Assembly: GCA_950097015.1 (NCBI GenBank)
Contig: CATNEN010000031.1
Location: 2,046,001 to 2,110,000, forward strand
DNA length: 64,000 bases
Reading direction: 5' to 3'
Origin: Macrostomum hystrix
Taxonomy: Eukaryota; Animalia; Platyhelminthes
Position 1 is the stretch's first letter; each line of letters begins with the position of its first letter. Positions 22,701 to 35,917 of this stretch are shown piece after piece. The translations under genes and the position numbers were made by a program. Under the pieces are notes generated by a model. It searched no databases and had not been told where the DNA came from. It worked only from the letters and a program-made list of their open reading frames with translations.

Positions 22701-25700
22701 CCGGATCTTGTTTGCACGTTGGTTGCCTTGTCGAGTGCATTTTCATTGCGCCCAGTATACTGTCTCATGCAGCTCTTTACCTGGACATTTATTTGAACAG
22801 ACCTGGTGTCTCTCATAAGGCTATCCCTTGGGTCCGGAGGATGTAGGAAGAATGAATGTTGAGTCGTCCATGTTTGAATCTATTTGCTTGTCGCCCTTGT
22901 ATGCTCTGCCTGGGGTAGATTTATGTTCTTCGACTCGCTCGAGCTATGTTTGTTCTTTTTATTTGCACTTTTTACTAAGATTATAGAGGAACTACAGAAT
23001 CAGGCTACTACAGTGAGTCAGTTGAGTCTTGTTTATAGGATAATATAGATACATGAAGACTGAAACACCAGCTAGCCCAGTTTTGCCAGTAATTCAGTTT
23101 CACAGAAGTCCCATCTAGCACTGATTAGGAGTAATAATTTCTATGCTCAACCATAACTTCAGCACATTGGCTTCGGTGACAGTCTGTACTTCACCATAGT
23201 GACCATGAGCACAGTCGGTTACGGCGACATCTCGCCCAGAACGGACTCTGGCCGCGTGTTTGCCTGCCTGTACATCCTGTTCGCCCTGAGTGTATTCGCC
23301 TCACACATCCCGGAGATGGCCCAGATGCTTACCAGCACCAGTCCGTACGCTGGCAGCTATCGGAAGGAGACCGGCCGGCCGCATCTGGTGGTGTGCGGCG
23401 CAGTCTGCCACCAGTCGATGGAAAGCTTCCTGGCCGACCTCCTTCACAAGGACCGGAAACGAGCCACCGCTCGCAATCTGCAGGTGGGCTGTGTGGCTTG
23501 TCGAGAGAATAAGTGAAACTTAGACTTATAATAAGACGACAACAGAATGCAATATAAACACCCTCATATTATATTATATGGCAGTAAGAGGGGGTCGGTG
23601 CACGACCGAGGGTAAGAGAATTCAGCTTTAAAGCCAGCCAATCAGAAAGCGGCAGGGGGAGAGATAGAGAGCTAGACAGAATCGGCTTGTAGAGTGAAGT
23701 GAGAAAATACAAGAACGGAAGATCTAAAAGGAAACACAAGAAAGTTGCAACAGGCCAAGTCAGATTGGTCCGAAGAAAGACCACAAAGGGGTATTTCCAA
23801 CACCCACACTTTTCTTATTTCTGTATCTCACAAAATATTCAACCAATCGCTATGAAAATCTAAAAAACGGCAGTGGGTATGGCCTGGTCTTTCTGCTGTT
23901 AAAAACTGCAGTTTTTTGGTTGATGGAATTCATTAAATCAGGTTTTTTGTAATCGATCATTTGACTTATTTATTTTAGTTATAGAGGTTTGTTGATTTTA
24001 GCTAATCTCACAAGTACTTAATCACAGCTGCTTAATTAAGTATTCTTTCAGTGTTTAAAAGCAGATAACTTCACAAAAAGTAGAAACGTTGCATTGCAGG
24101 TGGTTTGCATAAGTCAGTTCCGACCGGACCTGGAGTTCCAGGGCCTACTTAAACGGCACTTTAGAAAGCTGGCCTACTTTGAGGGCACTATTCTGTCCCC
24201 TCATGACTGCACGTGAGTCTCATTGGTACTCCTATTTATACATTGTAGTAATAACACTCAGCTTCATTTTGAAGCCTCTTCACATCCCCAAGTCGTGTGG
24301 CCCTGGACTCTGCGGAGGCAGCCGTCGTGCTTGCCAACAAATACGCCGACGACCCGGACGAGGAGGACGCGACAAACATAATGCGCGCCATCGCCATCAA
24401 GAATGCCGCGCCTGGCCAGCGATGCATTGTGCAGCTGCTCAGGCAGCGAAATCGGTCCGGCCTGCTGAGCATTCCCAGCTGGGACTGGCAACTGGGCGAC
24501 GAGTGCGTGTGCATCTCTGAGCTGACCCTGGGCCTGCTGGCTCAGAGCTGCACTGCGCCAGGCTTTTCAACGCTAATGGCTAACCTGCTGGCCGTGCGCT
24601 CAATGTCGCCCGACTGCGACGTCGGCGATAGTTGGGAGGCCGACTACAGGCGCGGCAGCTGCTACGAGATTTACTCGGTGAGCTTGGGCGCCGGCCTGCA
24701 CGGCGTCGCTTTTTCCGAGGCGGCGGCCGCCTGCTTCGCTAGCAAAGGCGTCATCCTGCTGGCGCTGGAGGAGCCGGACGAGGAGAGTGACGCGAATGAC
24801 ACGGCTATGGCTGGGTATGCAAATTGTCCACTTAAAGACATTTGTTTCATATAAACTTTACTCATTTCTCACCGGTTCTAAACTCTGACACGCACACGGA
24901 TGCGTCTGCAAGGCTAATTTCACAATCCCCAATTTCACAATCCCCAATTTCACAATCCCCAATTTCACAATCCCCAATTTCACAATCCCCAATTTCAGAA
25001 TCCCCATGCTTTTAGGTAACCTGTTTTATAAAACCCCAAAACCGAAACCGAACTGTTATCACTTGGCACTGAATTTCACAAGAGGCCAAGCCAGGCATTT
25101 TGCAGCGCCAGGCCTTCAGACTGAGGACCTTCGCGCTAGAGCCTCGTTTACTCGTCGGCAGACGACTGCGGGCGTCGGCATGCTTTTCGGACCATGCCGA
25201 ACTTCACCACAGCTGGCCTTGGCGTGAAGAGCCAAATTGCGTGAAGCGGCCCAAGTTAAAGAGGCCTTGCCAAATCTGAACTCAGGAGCGTTATCACTCG
25301 TATTCTACGTATTTTATGATCATCAGATCATGTTCCGTAATCATTAGATCTACGAGCTAGTCTCATGATGTCAAGGCAAATAGCCAAAATTACCAAAAAC
25401 TCCACAAAACTTCAGCAAGTTAACTATGTACCGGCGACCAAGACGCCAGCGACATCTGCTGCTGAACCCCAGCCTGCAAGACAGTGTTGTCGGTGGCAGC
25501 GGTGTTAGCGCCTGCGGCTGCGTCATCCGTCAAGGCAGCCGGGGTCTATTCCTGGCCGACTCCTACGATGAGGCTAGACGAGCCGCTGAGCTGGCTATAT
25601 CCTCGCCTCGCGTCTGCTCAATGCTGCAGCCGTCCTTGACGGGGCCGCAGGCGACGCACAGCAGGAAACTGGAGGCGGTGGGAATGAAGGACGAAGAAGA

Positions 25701-27300
25701 GGACCTGCTTGATAGCACAGGTGAGCATTGTTCTGAAGCCAATGGGATATGCGCTGGTTCAAACATTTCATAAGCCGTCATTTGATTCATTTCATAAATA
25801 TTTCACAGAATAATTCTGTGGTCAAAAGCAAGGATATTTTAAAAAGAAGGACGTAAATCCTTTTACGGACGTAAAAACTTTCTTCGAATTCCTATTGATA
25901 TTCGTATCCGCAAACGACTAACACAGCGTTCGGGAATGTGAGCGAATGGGCATAGTAGCTCGTAAAAAGCGTCCCTAGAAGTCATTTACAAAAGGAAAGC
26001 TTTTACTGCTTCCGATAGCATGAAATTCGCTAAATTCTAAAAATCACAGGCTCCTGGCATTGGTGCCGGGCACGCCGATTCGATGAAGCCCTTCAGCTGC
26101 CCTCGAGACTGCGCGGGCACCACATCCTCTGCGTGGTGACAGCCGGCACGGACACAGCCGCCGCTAGTCTCGGCCTGGTCAGCTTCCTGCGCCCGCTGCG
26201 CTCCAGTAGTCTGCGCCGGCGAGAGCTCTCTCCCGTGGTGCTAGTTGGCGGCGACGAGTACCTGCGGCGCGAGTGGCCGGCTCTGCGCCATTTTCCTGAT
26301 CTCTACGCTCTGATTGGCTCACCCATGAGCCGCGCTACCCTGCGCCGCGCCGGCCTACACACCTGTGACACCTGTGTGATTGTTGGCGCCAGGTCGCGCG
26401 GATCGACTAGGCTCCGAGATCCGATCGACCCCTACTTAATGGACCGGGAGGTCGTGCTCTGCACGCTCAACATTCGGGCTATGGACGCCGACAGGGCGGC
26501 GCGGTCCGATGGACTGCCGTCTCCGCTGCCGACACCCGTAGTCACGGAGATATTCGTGGACAAGAATGTGCAGTTCCTTGATCAGGAGGATGATGATAGC
26601 CTGGTGAGTCCGATCATATAAAATTCTCAATTCTTCAGCCTTATTAAAATACAGCACCCCACGCATAAAATTTATTTGATAAACAAACCAGAACACAGAG
26701 ATGCACAACACTCAGCAATTCGCCTGTGGCTCAGCATTCGCTGCTAGCGCCCTAGACTCGCTTCTGTCCACCGTGTTTTACAATAAGAGCGCTATGAGCC
26801 TCATCCGAGCCCTCGTCACCGGCGGAGCCGAACCACCGAGTCTGACGGTTTCGGATGCTGAAAGTCTGGATGAAGAGGACTTTGAAGAAATAAATTCCGT
26901 TTTCAACAGGGATCATCATCTAGAGCAGCCGCCGCAGCAGCAGCAGCAGCAGCAGCAGCATCACCGACAGGCGACCAAGTCGAGCATGATTCCCGACCGC
27001 AAGCATCGGTCGAGAGTGGCCCGAATGCTGCTATCAGATCAGCGGCTGGCCCCCTATTCAAGAAGCACCTTTGGCGACCTGTTTCTTGGACTGCTGCGCA
27101 CATATGGCATCCTCTGCATCGGCATCGCCAGGTTCAAAGACGCCTACAGGCGGGCACGACAGGCTGGCGCTGATGCGGCCAGCGGCGCCCCATCGAGTCG
27201 ACGATTTGTCATCGCCTGTCCGGGTGCGGAGTTTCGCCTATCGTCCACGGACGCTGTCTATTGTTTGGTTCCGTTTCCGGTTGCTTTGAACGTTGAATAG
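19784..27300 (+). CDS. KCNMA1: Slo/BK large-conductance Ca2+-activated K+ channel alpha subunit (divergent Slo1-like), ~1098 aa
   Basis: Phase-consistent exons 19784-20683, 23163-23483, 24100-24212, 24293-24814, 25443-25720, 26050-26603, 26692-27300. Shows S0 helix, S4 WLGLRFMRGLRL, pore TMSTVGYGD, RCK1 (VLANKYADDPDEEDATNIMRAI, LLAQSCTAPGFSTL) and Ca-bowl NVQFLDQEDDD...QFACG. Family is certain; orthology versus paralogy is not. Confidence 0.93.
20686..21410. repeat. Intronic minisatellite, 19 bp unit (GAGTGATTCTCAGTGTCTG), ~38 copies
   Basis: Starts inside the GTGAGT donor of Slo intron 1. Confidence 0.95.
22060..22610. repeat. Intronic minisatellite, 32 bp unit (GGTCCTTCCGACAGAGAACTGGTGGTTCCCTT)
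   Basis: Period 32 (22261, 22293) in Slo intron 1. Confidence 0.9.
23774..23894. mobile_element. Short MITE-like element with AGAAAGACCA/TGGTCTTTCT termini
   Basis: 10-bp inverted termini. Internal GGGGTATTT and GGCAGTGGGTAT are shared with 34262-34320 (reverse) and 55925-55985. Confidence 0.5.
24917..25005. repeat. 15 bp tandem repeat (AATTTCACAATCCCC) x~6
   Basis: Visible directly in Slo intron 4. Confidence 0.85.
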
Positions 27301-28200
27301 TTTATATCTATTACTCCATTAATCATGTATTTTGAACTTATTTTATCTAAACTGAATTTCTCCCTTACTCTTCTTCCTAGAAAAATATTTTTAATCAAAC
27401 TCAACCAAAGCAAATCACCACTATACAAGAAAACTCTTTTGTCTACTTATTCCCTATTCAGTAAGTAATAGTGACTTATTTGCTGACCATTTTTATCGAG
27501 CGTTTCTTTTCTTACAAAATAAACTAAATCTGTGAGCCACTACATAAATGCTCTCTTTGATTACTTCGGGCTCTAAAAATCGCACACAAAATCTTCATTC
27601 CGGCAGGGCTCCCCATAGTCGCTTGTCAGTGCTTCTAGATAATATTTTCGAATATTTAATCCCCTTAGCAATAAAGTAAAGCTTAATAAAACTACGTGTA
27701 TATTTCTCCCCATTTTTAGCATATTTTGGTGAAGAAATGGTGAAAATCAGTTGAGCCGTTTGGGAGAAAATCAATTACAAGCAACCAAGCAAGCAAGCAT
27801 TTCATTTTTAGTATATAAGATTTGCCTATGGTAAAAACGATTGCAACTTGGATTTCACTCTATAGTCTGTTCTAGTGTCTTTTCTGGATAATGTCCACAA
27901 CTTGCGGATAATGTCCACAATATATTTAGAAGAATATTGGGTCATATTTTCTAGCCTGTTTGATTTCGACGTCCCTTTTGGCTTTCGCCGGATCAGCCGT
28001 CCTATTCTTTGTATTTGACGATGACAATGTGTAGTACAGATTGCCAGGGGTTAGCGATATGGGCGGCACCGGCCGCCTCCTCGCTACGTCCGTCATGGAG
28101 GCTCCCTGCCGCTAAGTCAAGTAAGTCAATGTGTAGTACAGCCTGCGTAGCAAAGCTTGGTGTCTGCTATAGAGCAAGGGGCAACACTAAAAGCCGCAGC

Positions 28201-28450
28201 AGCCATCCTGCAGTGCCGATTGCAACTGCGTATAGAATTATGCGAGCATATACTCAGGAAGGAAGGGTTCAGGCGTTACCAAGAGGTGGTAAAGAGGAGA
28301 GCAAATGCAAAGTGGACGAGTAGATGAAGGCCTGCCTTCATATCAAGCTGGAGCAAAACCCGTTTTTCACCTTAAGTGACCCGCGCCGACTGCTACATGA
28401 AGAGCTCCCACAAAAGCCCAAGGTCAGCTGCAAAACTGATCAACTGTTTG
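28201..28450 (+). mobile_element. Tc1/IS630-like transposase N-terminal HTH remnant
   Basis: VPIATAYRIMRAYTQEGRVQALPRGG...KVDE*MKACLHIKLEQNPFFTL, with an in-frame TAG at 28321-28323. Confidence 0.55.
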
Positions 28451-28942
28451 ATCGTTAGATTTTTTTGCCTTCCTAATTCTCGTTTTGAATGTCCTTAACT
28501 CCATGGCCGAATAGCTGAGCTGCGCGTGGCAGACCCGTCCGATAGCATGAGACCGAAGACATTATCGTTTTGAATGTTCAAATTATCAATAAGATTGACA
28601 ATAGCGATAGTCTTATTTGAGAGCTTTCATTTTCTCGACCCCCTCTCCCCCTCCGTGTCTGTCTTTTTCGATGACATATAGTCTATGGCCAAAACCTTTG
28701 TGATCAAAAGTACTACCGAGCGACAATTAGCGCACTCGTACCCCAGCCGTTATTATGAGTTCTAGCCTTCGTCCAACCACCCATTAGTTTCATTTTAAGG
28801 CACAAAAATTATTTCCATAGACATAACTGTGTAACAAACAGACGCACAGCTTACTCGGATACAAGCCATGACTATTGCCCCATGATTTTAGCAGGGTTCA
28901 GCAAAAACGTTGACCGATTCGAAAAGGACGAAAACATCTCAA

Positions 28943-31429
28943 ATGAGCACGCCTCCTAAAATCCAACAGAATGCTGAGGTCCTGGAAGCTTCGAATTTCA
29001 ATTCAGGCATGACTTCAAAACACATCAAAGTCTTCAAGCAATACAACAACACAAGTATTAAACAAGACCTTGACAGCAATAGAAAGGTAACAAACAGGGC
29101 CCTTCATTTCCTACGGTATGGTCGCACTGACAACAGCACTATAATGGCGGTGCAATACAATACAGCCAAAAAAGAATTGTACAACCAAATAATCGATAAT
29201 CAAAACGCCAAAGAAGCAATGACCCAAGAGGAAATTGTCGACGAGATTCTGCAGGGGATCCACACAGATGCGAAGTTCAGGAAGAAGTACGTCTTGTCTT
29301 CTATGTTCTTAATCGGTGCTGGCGCCTTCGGATCCGTGTTTCGAATCATCTCCAACGCCACAGGCTCTTCTGAAAATCCAAAGTACAATGAAGACTATGT
29401 GAAGTATCTCCAGAAGATGAGGAAAACCATAAAGCCCACTCGATCTGCTCTGTTGGACGCGTACAGAGACGAACACTGTTTGGACTTAGTAGCTGTCAAG
29501 CTTGAAGCCCTGACTCATGAGGACGTGGAAAACAATTCGATTGGAAAGATCAACCTCATCAGAGAGTTCTTCCTTCTCCAAGAGCTTTTCGCAAATCAAG
29601 ACAATCGGTACCCTATGGTCGGATTTCCACTGCCCATCGATTTCAACTATGTCGGAAATCAACACATCACCAAAGATCTCGGAAAGGTTCGGACTTTATG
29701 AGTTGCTGCTTCGAGCAGAATTTTTGTCGCATGACAGCTATTTCTCACCCGCGCATGTGTTAGCAACGGTCAAGGCTGAGTTTGAGTTGCGTGCTATATT
29801 TGCCTAGGCCAGATAGCTGAGTGTTTTGATTTGATTTGTATATGAACTGAATGCTGAGCTATTTACTGTGCTGTAAGGACACATATTGTTCGAGTGCAGT
29901 CGGGAATCAAATCCTAGGCGAGGCTACAATCCCCGTATCCTAGATCGTTTAAAACTGGCATTCGTATTATTACATAAACATGTAGAAGAATTATATAACG
30001 TGAATTTACTAATTTTCTGCAAATTTGGCCATCCAAAACAAGAATTTCGCCCTCCACTAATCCATACATTGTAACCCACAAAACAGGTGATCGTCTTTGA
30101 TCCGTATGGTGTGCAGTGCAGCTTCAAAGATACTTATCTTGACAAGCACAACATCTTCGGTCTGCAAGAGAGCGACATTACAGACAAGACGTATTTTACC
30201 ATGGAGCTGCTCGGACCAAATATGGATGACTGGAAAGAGTTCTTCGCGCTAAAGCACTCCCGCCAAGGTCGCATCTTCTTCTCTGTGCAAACCACTCTGA
30301 AGTTGATGGATCAGTTACTGTGTCGTCTGCTCATCATGCACCGAAAAAACATGGTGCACCTCGATCTCAAGCCAGACAACATGTGCATGGGTATCGGCAA
30401 AATGACCAACACTGTCTACCTGTTAGACTATGGTCTGTCAAGGTTCTGCTCAGATAACAAGCCAGACATCACCATGGGCAGCCGTCGCTACATGTCTGTA
30501 GGTGTGCTCAACATGCAGCCCACGAACTACATGATGGACATTGAGTCGTGGTTCTACATCCTGATTGTACTGCTCACTGACTACATTCCGTGGAGCGATG
30601 AAGCACTGTCCGGCCAGCTGGGCAAAAACGAGAAGGAGGGGGGTGCCAGAGAGGAGAAGCTGCTGATGCTGGTAGCCCAGACCAAGAAGCTATTTTGGGG
30701 CGACGATGGCATCTGGGATAAGTCGCTCATTCAAAAGGTGTGTTAAACACGATCTTATAATTTATAAATGTATGCTTGTACTACAGTGGACTGTTTTACG
30801 AGTTTCTACAGATGTAGATAAAATCCTTATAGAGAAATTCTTGCACGAGTTGAAATCCAATCATTACTCACCTAATTTGAACGCTTTAGGTGATCGATAA
30901 AGTCGAAGGCTTCCACGAATTTGACGTACCGGACATTGGAGCAATCATCATGGAAATCTATGAACACATCAAGCGTATGCGCTTGGACTTCTACAGCCTG
31001 TCTTGCATTCGCATGAACGCAGAGATTCGTGACGAAGATAGCGACTTGTTCAAGCGTTACAAAGCTCTCCGCAAACTACTGCTCTTTCCGTACGATTGTA
31101 ACTTTTCTAGCAAGGGCAGCTGCTTTGCCGGTGACAAAGATATGCAACGACGTCAGGCGAAGCGTCGGGCGAAGCACAACATGCTGATTTACGCCGAGAA
31201 CGGTCGCAACTGGCACTGGGACTGGGACGATTGGTACGCTGAGGACTTTCTAGTTGATGAGGCCGTTGCAGAACCGGCTACGAATTCTTCAGGCTCTGGT
31301 TCTCTTCGCACGACTAAGAAGACAAAGAAGAATGGTATTTTCCCTTCACAACGTCCGAGGCACGTCTCGGACGACTATGCCGTGACAAACGTGATTGATC
31401 ATGGCATCCTTCGAGTGAAAGCGCATTAA
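28943..31429 (+). CDS. Divergent casein kinase 1-superfamily (CK1/TTBK/VRK-like) Ser/Thr kinase, copy A, ~644 aa
   Basis: Exons 28943-29686, 30087-30737, 30890-31429, all phase 0. Motifs IGAGAFGSV, VAVKLE, HLDLKPDN, LLDYGL, MGSRRYMSV, DIESWFY...IPW. Confidence 0.85.
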
Positions 31430-32956
31430 AAACGATTTGCATTAAAGCACGTCCATTCGTTCATTGGCCTTGGTGACACTGCATAACGACCTTGAAAATT
31501 TACTTGTGAATGGTGAATTTTTACTTCATGTTGTAATTATTTTTTGCTCTGGTTGTCTGAAAATGCCCTACGAGCTGGAACTGGGCAAACCTTTTTCAAT
31601 AAATTAGAATGTAGAATGGATTTTCTTTTTGGACGTAAGCGGTTCGTTTAAAACATTATGTTCATGTTTTATGCTCGTATTATTTTACGAAGCTGTCAAG
31701 CTTTTGGTTCTCACGAGACGCTAAATAACAGTGGACACTTTTGTTTGCTTTTGACGACGTTCATAACGAATGCAATTGTCGTTCGTAAAGAACCGACAAG
31801 GTCGCCAAGCCAAAGGGAGGAGAGATTTCCACCCAGCAATAGAGAGCCATCCCCCTTTTAGCAACTGGCATCCTTTAGCAGGCAACCAATACCCCGTAGC
31901 AGAGAACTATGTCCCCCTTTTGTAAACAAAATGCCCCCCCTTAGTATAGAACAATGTCCCCCATTAAGCTCTTGCCGGGTGCGGGGGTAGTCACTACCCC
32001 GATTGCGTCTGGTGCACTCAACATAATTTTTACTATAATTGCAAACAATTGGAAGACCCATCGCCTGCGTCAGTATTGACAGCCCCTCAGTGCGGCTAGC
32101 CAGCATTATAAGGTCCTTGTCCATTTGGAATGTCCGCACGACAAGGAGCTCGTTCGCTTATTGGTCGCGACTCGCGACCACATCGCGTCCTCGGAGCCAG
32201 TGTTCCTCGGAGTCTGTTATAAGCCCCAGCACCAGCAAAAGACTGTAATCTGACACTAGCTGTTTCGCCTGTTTTACTGTCGTGGAATCGACCCTCAAGT
32301 TTTCGTTCACGGTCTAATAGAACTCATCAGATTCGTGAGTAATCAAATGTTGAGTGAGAACAATTCTTCAAGACACTTTAAAGAGTTCTATGCTGTGAAA
32401 ATAAATAACAACGGACCACGGAGATATTTGTCTATAAGCCAGAGTGTGAGTCACGCGGAAAGTTCAGGCGCGCGGGAGAGGGTTCTAAAAAGTGGCTGAC
32501 GTAGGTTCTAGAAAACCAATTAAACAAGTCACGCACGAAATTTCTAGAACCCTATGCTTTGCGCGCTGTTTCGAGTATCCTGTTTCATCATTCTCCTGTC
32601 TCATATTTCTATTTTCTACAGTCAATGCTCGCCATCGTCTTTTAGGTTCTCTCTTTCTCTCTCTAGGTTATCCTAGTGAACAATTGAAGTCTTTCAATCG
32701 GTCTCTCAAGTATGTCCTCCTGAAGGGCGTCTTTTTGTTAAAAAGAAAACGATTAACGAATAACTAAAATGTTGGTGTGAGCGCTTACCATTTGTTTTTG
32801 CCGAAGTGGTAAGACCTCCTCTTCTTAGCATTTAATGGTATAATTTCAGTGGATCGTTCCGATTCAGAAATTTCAGTTTGGATTTTTACTTATGTTTATT
32901 TAATTTTCAGGGACAACCCGGTTTTAGACTGGGTGTTTTCTTAGGTCATATATATG

Positions 32957-34232
32957 TAATGGTTTTATTCCTTGCCTTGCCTTAGGCAATAGGAATGCAG
33001 CACGGCATTTCGACGTCTCAAGGAGGCCCTGCAGCAGCCGTCAATCATCGGCCACCCGGGTTTCCCCCAGGAGTTCCAGCTCTACACGGACGCCAGCAAC
33101 ACCGGAGTCGGGATCATGCTCAAGCAAGGTGACCAGGTGATAGAGTACTGCAGCAAAGCGATCACGGCTCCGGAGAAGGGCTACTCAGCCAAGATGGTCC
33201 AAAAGCAGACTGCGACACCTCAGTCGCATCTGGCGGAAGTTTCGAGTTCAAGACGGCCTTCTCAGCCGGGCTTTCAACGACGCCGGGGGGGATCGAGGGA
33301 GGTCCCCGTGATCCCGGAGTCGCTGCGACGCCAGTTCCTTAACGACCTTCACGAAGGCATCGGCGGCCATTTCGGACCCGAGAAAATAGTCGAACACACT
33401 GAAGCACACCGCGTACTGGCCTGGGCCGCAGAGCGATGCGGTGAGTTTCTGCTTGGAGTGCCAGACCTGCCAGCTGAAAAAAGCACAGCACCGGCCCGCA
33501 GCCCCACTCGGCGAGATGCCGATCGGCAAGCCCTGGCAGACGGTGTCGATTGGTGTGCCGAAGTTGGCGACATCAGACTGAGGCAAACGCTACCTGCTGG
33601 TGATGCAGGAGTAGTTCTCCAAGTTCCTGACGGCCATGCCGATGCCAGACCAGACTGCGGACCAAGATCTTCGTGGACGCTGCAGTGAAGCTCTTCTCCC
33701 TGTTCGGAGACTGTTCAGGCAGGTCTGGCACTCCAAGCAGAAACTCACTGCATCGCTCTGCGGCCCAGGCCAGTACGCGGTGTGCTTCAGTGTGTTCGAC
33801 TATTTTCTCGGGTCCGAAATGGCCGCCGATGCCTTCGTGAAGGTCGTTAAGGAACTGGCGTCGCAGCGACTCCGGGATCACGGGGACCTCCCTCGATCCC
33901 CCCCGGCGTCGTTGAAAGCCCGTCTGAGAAGGCCGTCTTGAACTCGAAACTTCCGCCAGATGCGACTGAGGTGTCGCAGTCTGCTTTTGGACCATCTTGG
34001 CTGAGTAGCCCTTCTCCGGAGCCGTGATCGCTTTGCTGCAGTACTCTATCACCTGGTCACCTTGCTTGAGCATGATCCCGACTCCGGTGTTGCTGGCGTC
34101 CGTGTAGAGCTGGAACTCCTGGGGGAAACCCGGGTGGCCGATGATTGACGGCTGCTGCAGGGCCTCCTTGAGACGTCGAAATGCCGTGCTGCATTCCTAT
34201 TGCCTAAGGCAAGGCAAGGAATAAAACCATTA
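32957..34232. mobile_element. Fold-back inverted duplication of a Ty3/Gypsy pol fragment (RNase H to integrase)
   Basis: Arms 32957-33471 and 33718-34232 (515 bp each, 2 mismatches noticed) with a 246-bp spacer. Translation across broken frames: AFRRLKEALQQP..FQLYTDASNTGVG..IEYCSK, VIPESLRRQFLNDLHEGIGGHFG, CQTCQ, KPWQTV, RYLLVMQE*FSKF. Confidence 0.92.
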
Positions 34233-34780
34233 GTGGACTTCCATGAAAATTAGTAATCTGGTTTGGAGCTATCGTGAAGCAGGCAGTGGGTATTTGAAAT
34301 AGCCCCGTGGTCCTTCTCCAGGACTGATGTTTATACTGCGAAGCCTTGTTATACAACAGATACGTCGTGATAAGTCATGTTTTTCATGGTAACTTTTTGG
34401 CATTAAACTGGATAAACATCAAAGTACAGACTAAATGTGAAATTAAAAACAACCAACAGCGCTCACAATTTAGCTCTATGAATAGTGCATGCCCACTTTG
34501 CTGTCAATAGTAAATTTAGGCTACGTAAAAGAAGTATATAATCTCTCCCGTTTATTAATTTATCTGTGGCCGTCAGAGCGACTGAGAACTTGTTTCTCAG
34601 TTTGTCTATGGCCAGAACGAGTTTGAATTCGTTCTGGCCATAGACAAATTAATAAACGGGAGAGATAGTATTTTTCCCCAACTTGGCTCGGTCTTGCGGA
34701 AAAAAACTACGAGTATATATAGCTTAACAGTCTATGGTTCTGATCGAAACGGAACAGTCCCGAGTTTGATGCGATAGCTT

Positions 34781-35233
34781 GTGCACGAAATAGCTGAAGA
34801 CATGGCTGAAGACACTAGTGACTTTGCCAGTATTGACGACGATATAGCGCGAATGGTTGATTTGATTTTTGCGGACGGAACTACATCGGAGACACCCTCA
34901 AGCCCTCGCTTCGATTTTACGTCGGAGGAAGAGCTCATGGCTGTTGTCGATGGCTGTGTGCCAGAAGCTATTAAGAAGAAAGCTACTAGGATGGTCAACA
35001 CCTTCATTGAATGGCACAATGGCACAACAAGAAGACACAGTGGGTCTACGACGGTTGCCACTGTTCCTGATGCTGGAGGCGCTCCGACAACTGGGTCTAC
35101 GACGGTTGTCACTGTTCCTGATGCTGGAGGCACTCCGACAACTGGGTCTACGACGGATTTTACTGCTCCTGTGAAGAAAATGCGAATCGAAGTTTCTGGA
35201 AATGATAACACCGTCGTGATCACTATGGAGTGA
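34781..35233 (+). pseudogene. Crypton/DUF3504-like N-terminal remnant with an internal 51-bp tandem duplication
   Basis: FDFTSEEELMAVVDGCVPEAIKKKATRMVNTFIEW matches the RFxxLSEEE...PKNTxxxTxWAVxxFxEW pattern, from memory. Confidence 0.5.
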
Positions 35234-35917
35234 GAAAGACAAAAAGTACTTTACTGTCATTGACAATCGGTTTATTAGCGTTAGTGTCCACCATAGTTGC
35301 TTTTTGTGGCCCTTTTGTTGTTGTCAGTTCCAAATAAATCGTTTCCTCGTCCGGGACGAATAAATGGTATATATTCCCCATTTATTTTGTTGTCTAGCGG
35401 GCAAAAGCAAGAGGTGTCTCGTTTATGATCGAGACACCGAGTGCTTTTGGCCCTAGACAGCTAAATGAGTGGGGAATATGATATGTATCCCCCGTTCGGT
35501 GTGTGTAGCTTTTGTGTGCTACACTTTTTTGCTAGTTTTTGTTAGTCTATGGTTGTTGTCTCGAATTTATCAGCCCGCGGGGCAGCGGGAAATAAATGAT
35601 TTATTTACCTAGGGAAATAAATGAAAACATGCGTCATATAGACACTCGCCCGGGGCAAAAGGGGGATACATATTTCTTCGACCCGGACAAATAAATGCTT
35701 CAACACTAGACCATAGACTTATTTATGACCGGGTGCACGAGTGCATTTATTGCCATAGACACTGGAATAAGTGGGGAATATTATATGTATCCCTCAGTTG
35801 AATAGCATAAAGTACAAAGCTAAAAGCAAAAATGGCCATAGACACTAGCATTAAGGTACTGTACCGCTAAATGAAAGATGCGCTCGTAAAAAGAAGAGAG
35901 ACAGCTAGTTAGTTAAA

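Noticed and set aside
32100-32200. APE endonuclease start of a LINE (LSIWNVRT)
   Set aside because: A single short motif with no supporting downstream homology; too weak to call.
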